From contig CAVQGX010000044.1 of assembly GCA_963712115.1 (NCBI GenBank), forward strand, positions 1 through 16,930: DNA of 16,930 nt, given 5' to 3'. The translations under genes and the position numbers were made by a program. Below are positions 15,583 through 16,930 of this stretch, one piece after another. Position 1 is the stretch's first letter; the number at the start of each line of letters is the position of its first letter. This stretch comes from an uncultured delta proteobacterium (GTDB taxonomy: Bacteria > Desulfobacterota > Syntrophobacteria > BM002). Below the pieces are notes generated by a model. That model ran no database searches, was not told where the DNA came from, and was given only the letters and a program-made list of their open reading frames with translations.

Positions 15583-16797
15583 ATGGGTGTGCCCACGAAG
15601 AAATTCTTTCTGGCTTTTCGAATTGGAGCTATGAATAAAACTGTCTATAGACTGCTTGGGCCTACAACTATTGGTCGGGACCCTAATAATACCATTACCG
15701 TTATTAGCTCAACTGTGTCACGCCACCATGCTAGGGTGAGCTTTCAAGACGGGGAGTGGACGGTAGAAGATTTGGGCAGCGCCAACGGCATCATAGCAAA
15801 GGGTCAGCGTTGGAAAAAATTGGCCTTAAAGCCTAGTATTACTTTCCAGCTAGGAGAAGTCACTTTCAGCTTCATAGAAAAAGAAGCTAGTGAATCGAAG
15901 GATAAACTTACTGAGACTGTTGAGATCTTAACAGCATCCATTGAAGAGTTGGATTTCCCGAAGGAAAAAGAGGAAGCCGAATTCTGGTCGCAACAGATTA
16001 GGGAAGCCGTTGCTGCGATACCTTTTTTCTCCTCCCTAAGTAAGGATGAGCGTAAGGAGGTTACCGATACTTCTACTCTCCGTGGTTTCAGTACCGGGGA
16101 GGTAATCATTTGCGAAGGGGATCCAGGTAGATCAATTTATGTCATCATAAACGGTCGGGTAAAGATATTTGGCAGAGATTATCAAGGAAAGGAGTTTGAG
16201 CTTGCTATTCTGGAGCCTGGCGAATTTTTTGGGGAATTGGCTTTCTTAACAGGTAAGCCACGGTTGGTTTCCGCGATGGCCGAGGACACCACTTTGCTGA
16301 TGGAACTTAGTTATACTCCTATGCGCAAGTTCATCCGGGAGCATTCTGCTGTCAAGGAAGTTTTGTTGGAATATTACGTTGATCGGCTGAATAAGATTAA
16401 AAAGAAACGTTCCGAAATTGACATTGAAGAAAAAAGGCGTGATCCTCGCGTTAATGAGCAGGTTCCGGTATTGCTAGTCAGACTGCCCCATGACACACTA
16501 ACCGATCGAGCAAAGAGCACATTTTGGAAAGCGGATTCGATTGACATCTCTAGAAGTGGAATTTTAGTGCGAGTACAGGATACCAAGCACGAAGAATTTC
16601 ACCCCGATGACCAAGTTCTTCTGGAAATTGACCTCCAAGGTGGCTTAGGAAAGGTTCGCACTGCAGGCATTGTGCGTCGGGCCATGCTCCATGAAATGGG
16701 GAAAAAGGTTACACTAGTAGGTATCGAGTTCGTCGGGATGACAGACACTGATAGCAAGAAGCTCAATAACTTCATCTACGGGGAGACTCTTATCTAG
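15583..16797 (+). CDS. FHA + cyclic-nucleotide-binding + PilZ domain protein
   Basis: FHA: IGR, SRHH, DLGSANG. cNMP: EGDPG..IYVIINGRV, FFGELAFLTGKPR. PilZ: RRDPR (RxxxR) and DISRSG (DxSxxG). Confidence 0.9.
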   Translation: MGVPTKKFFLAFRIGAMNKTVYRLLGPTTIGRDPNNTITVISSTVSRHHARVSFQDGEWTVEDLGSANGIIAKGQRWKKLALKPSITFQLGEVTFSFIEKEASESKDKLTETVEILTASIEELDFPKEKEEAEFWSQQIREAVAAIPFFSSLSKDERKEVTDTSTLRGFSTGEVIICEGDPGRSIYVIINGRVKIFGRDYQGKEFELAILEPGEFFGELAFLTGKPRLVSAMAEDTTLLMELSYTPMRKFIREHSAVKEVLLEYYVDRLNKIKKKRSEIDIEEKRRDPRVNEQVPVLLVRLPHDTLTDRAKSTFWKADSIDISRSGILVRVQDTKHEEFHPDDQVLLEIDLQGGLGKVRTAGIVRRAMLHEMGKKVTLVGIEFVGMTDTDSKKLNNFIYGETLI

Positions 16798-16930
16798 TCC
16801 TCTATCATACAATTTGCGCAAGGGGCTTTTTAAGCACTATTAGCAGCAATTCAGATATTATAAAGCGCGCCATATCGAGTAATGCGTAATCCCTCATTAT
16901 TTCAGTCGGGCTTAATATTACATACTTTAA

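Overview
This window looks like Desulfobacterota (deltaproteobacterial) accessory DNA; the taxon is inferred from gene content and repeat types. Protein-coding content: a hemerythrin/HHE protein (-), an MdtA/MdtB-like RND efflux pair (+), a cold-shock protein followed by an RpoD-like sigma70 paralogue lacking region 1.1, a PD-(D/E)XK-like protein with an apparently degenerate catalytic motif, a VOC-family enzyme, several small Cys-rich or unknown proteins, a secreted NIDO-like protein and an FHA-cNMP-PilZ protein. The most unusual signals are non-coding and not in the ORF track. (1) Seven co-oriented mosaic intergenic elements (about 2 kb in total) are built from shuffled 7/8/9-mer microrepeat modules, with shared inverted ends and nested REP-like units. 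(2) A 6S RNA-like gene lies outside its usual gene context and is directly followed by a sigma54 promoter driving a ~98-nt sRNA candidate with an anti-Shine-Dalgarno linker; this cassette is bracketed by a diverged 32-bp direct repeat. (3) A ~190-bp palindromic MITE-like element abuts the sigma factor stop codon. All calls were made by eye; no searches were run.
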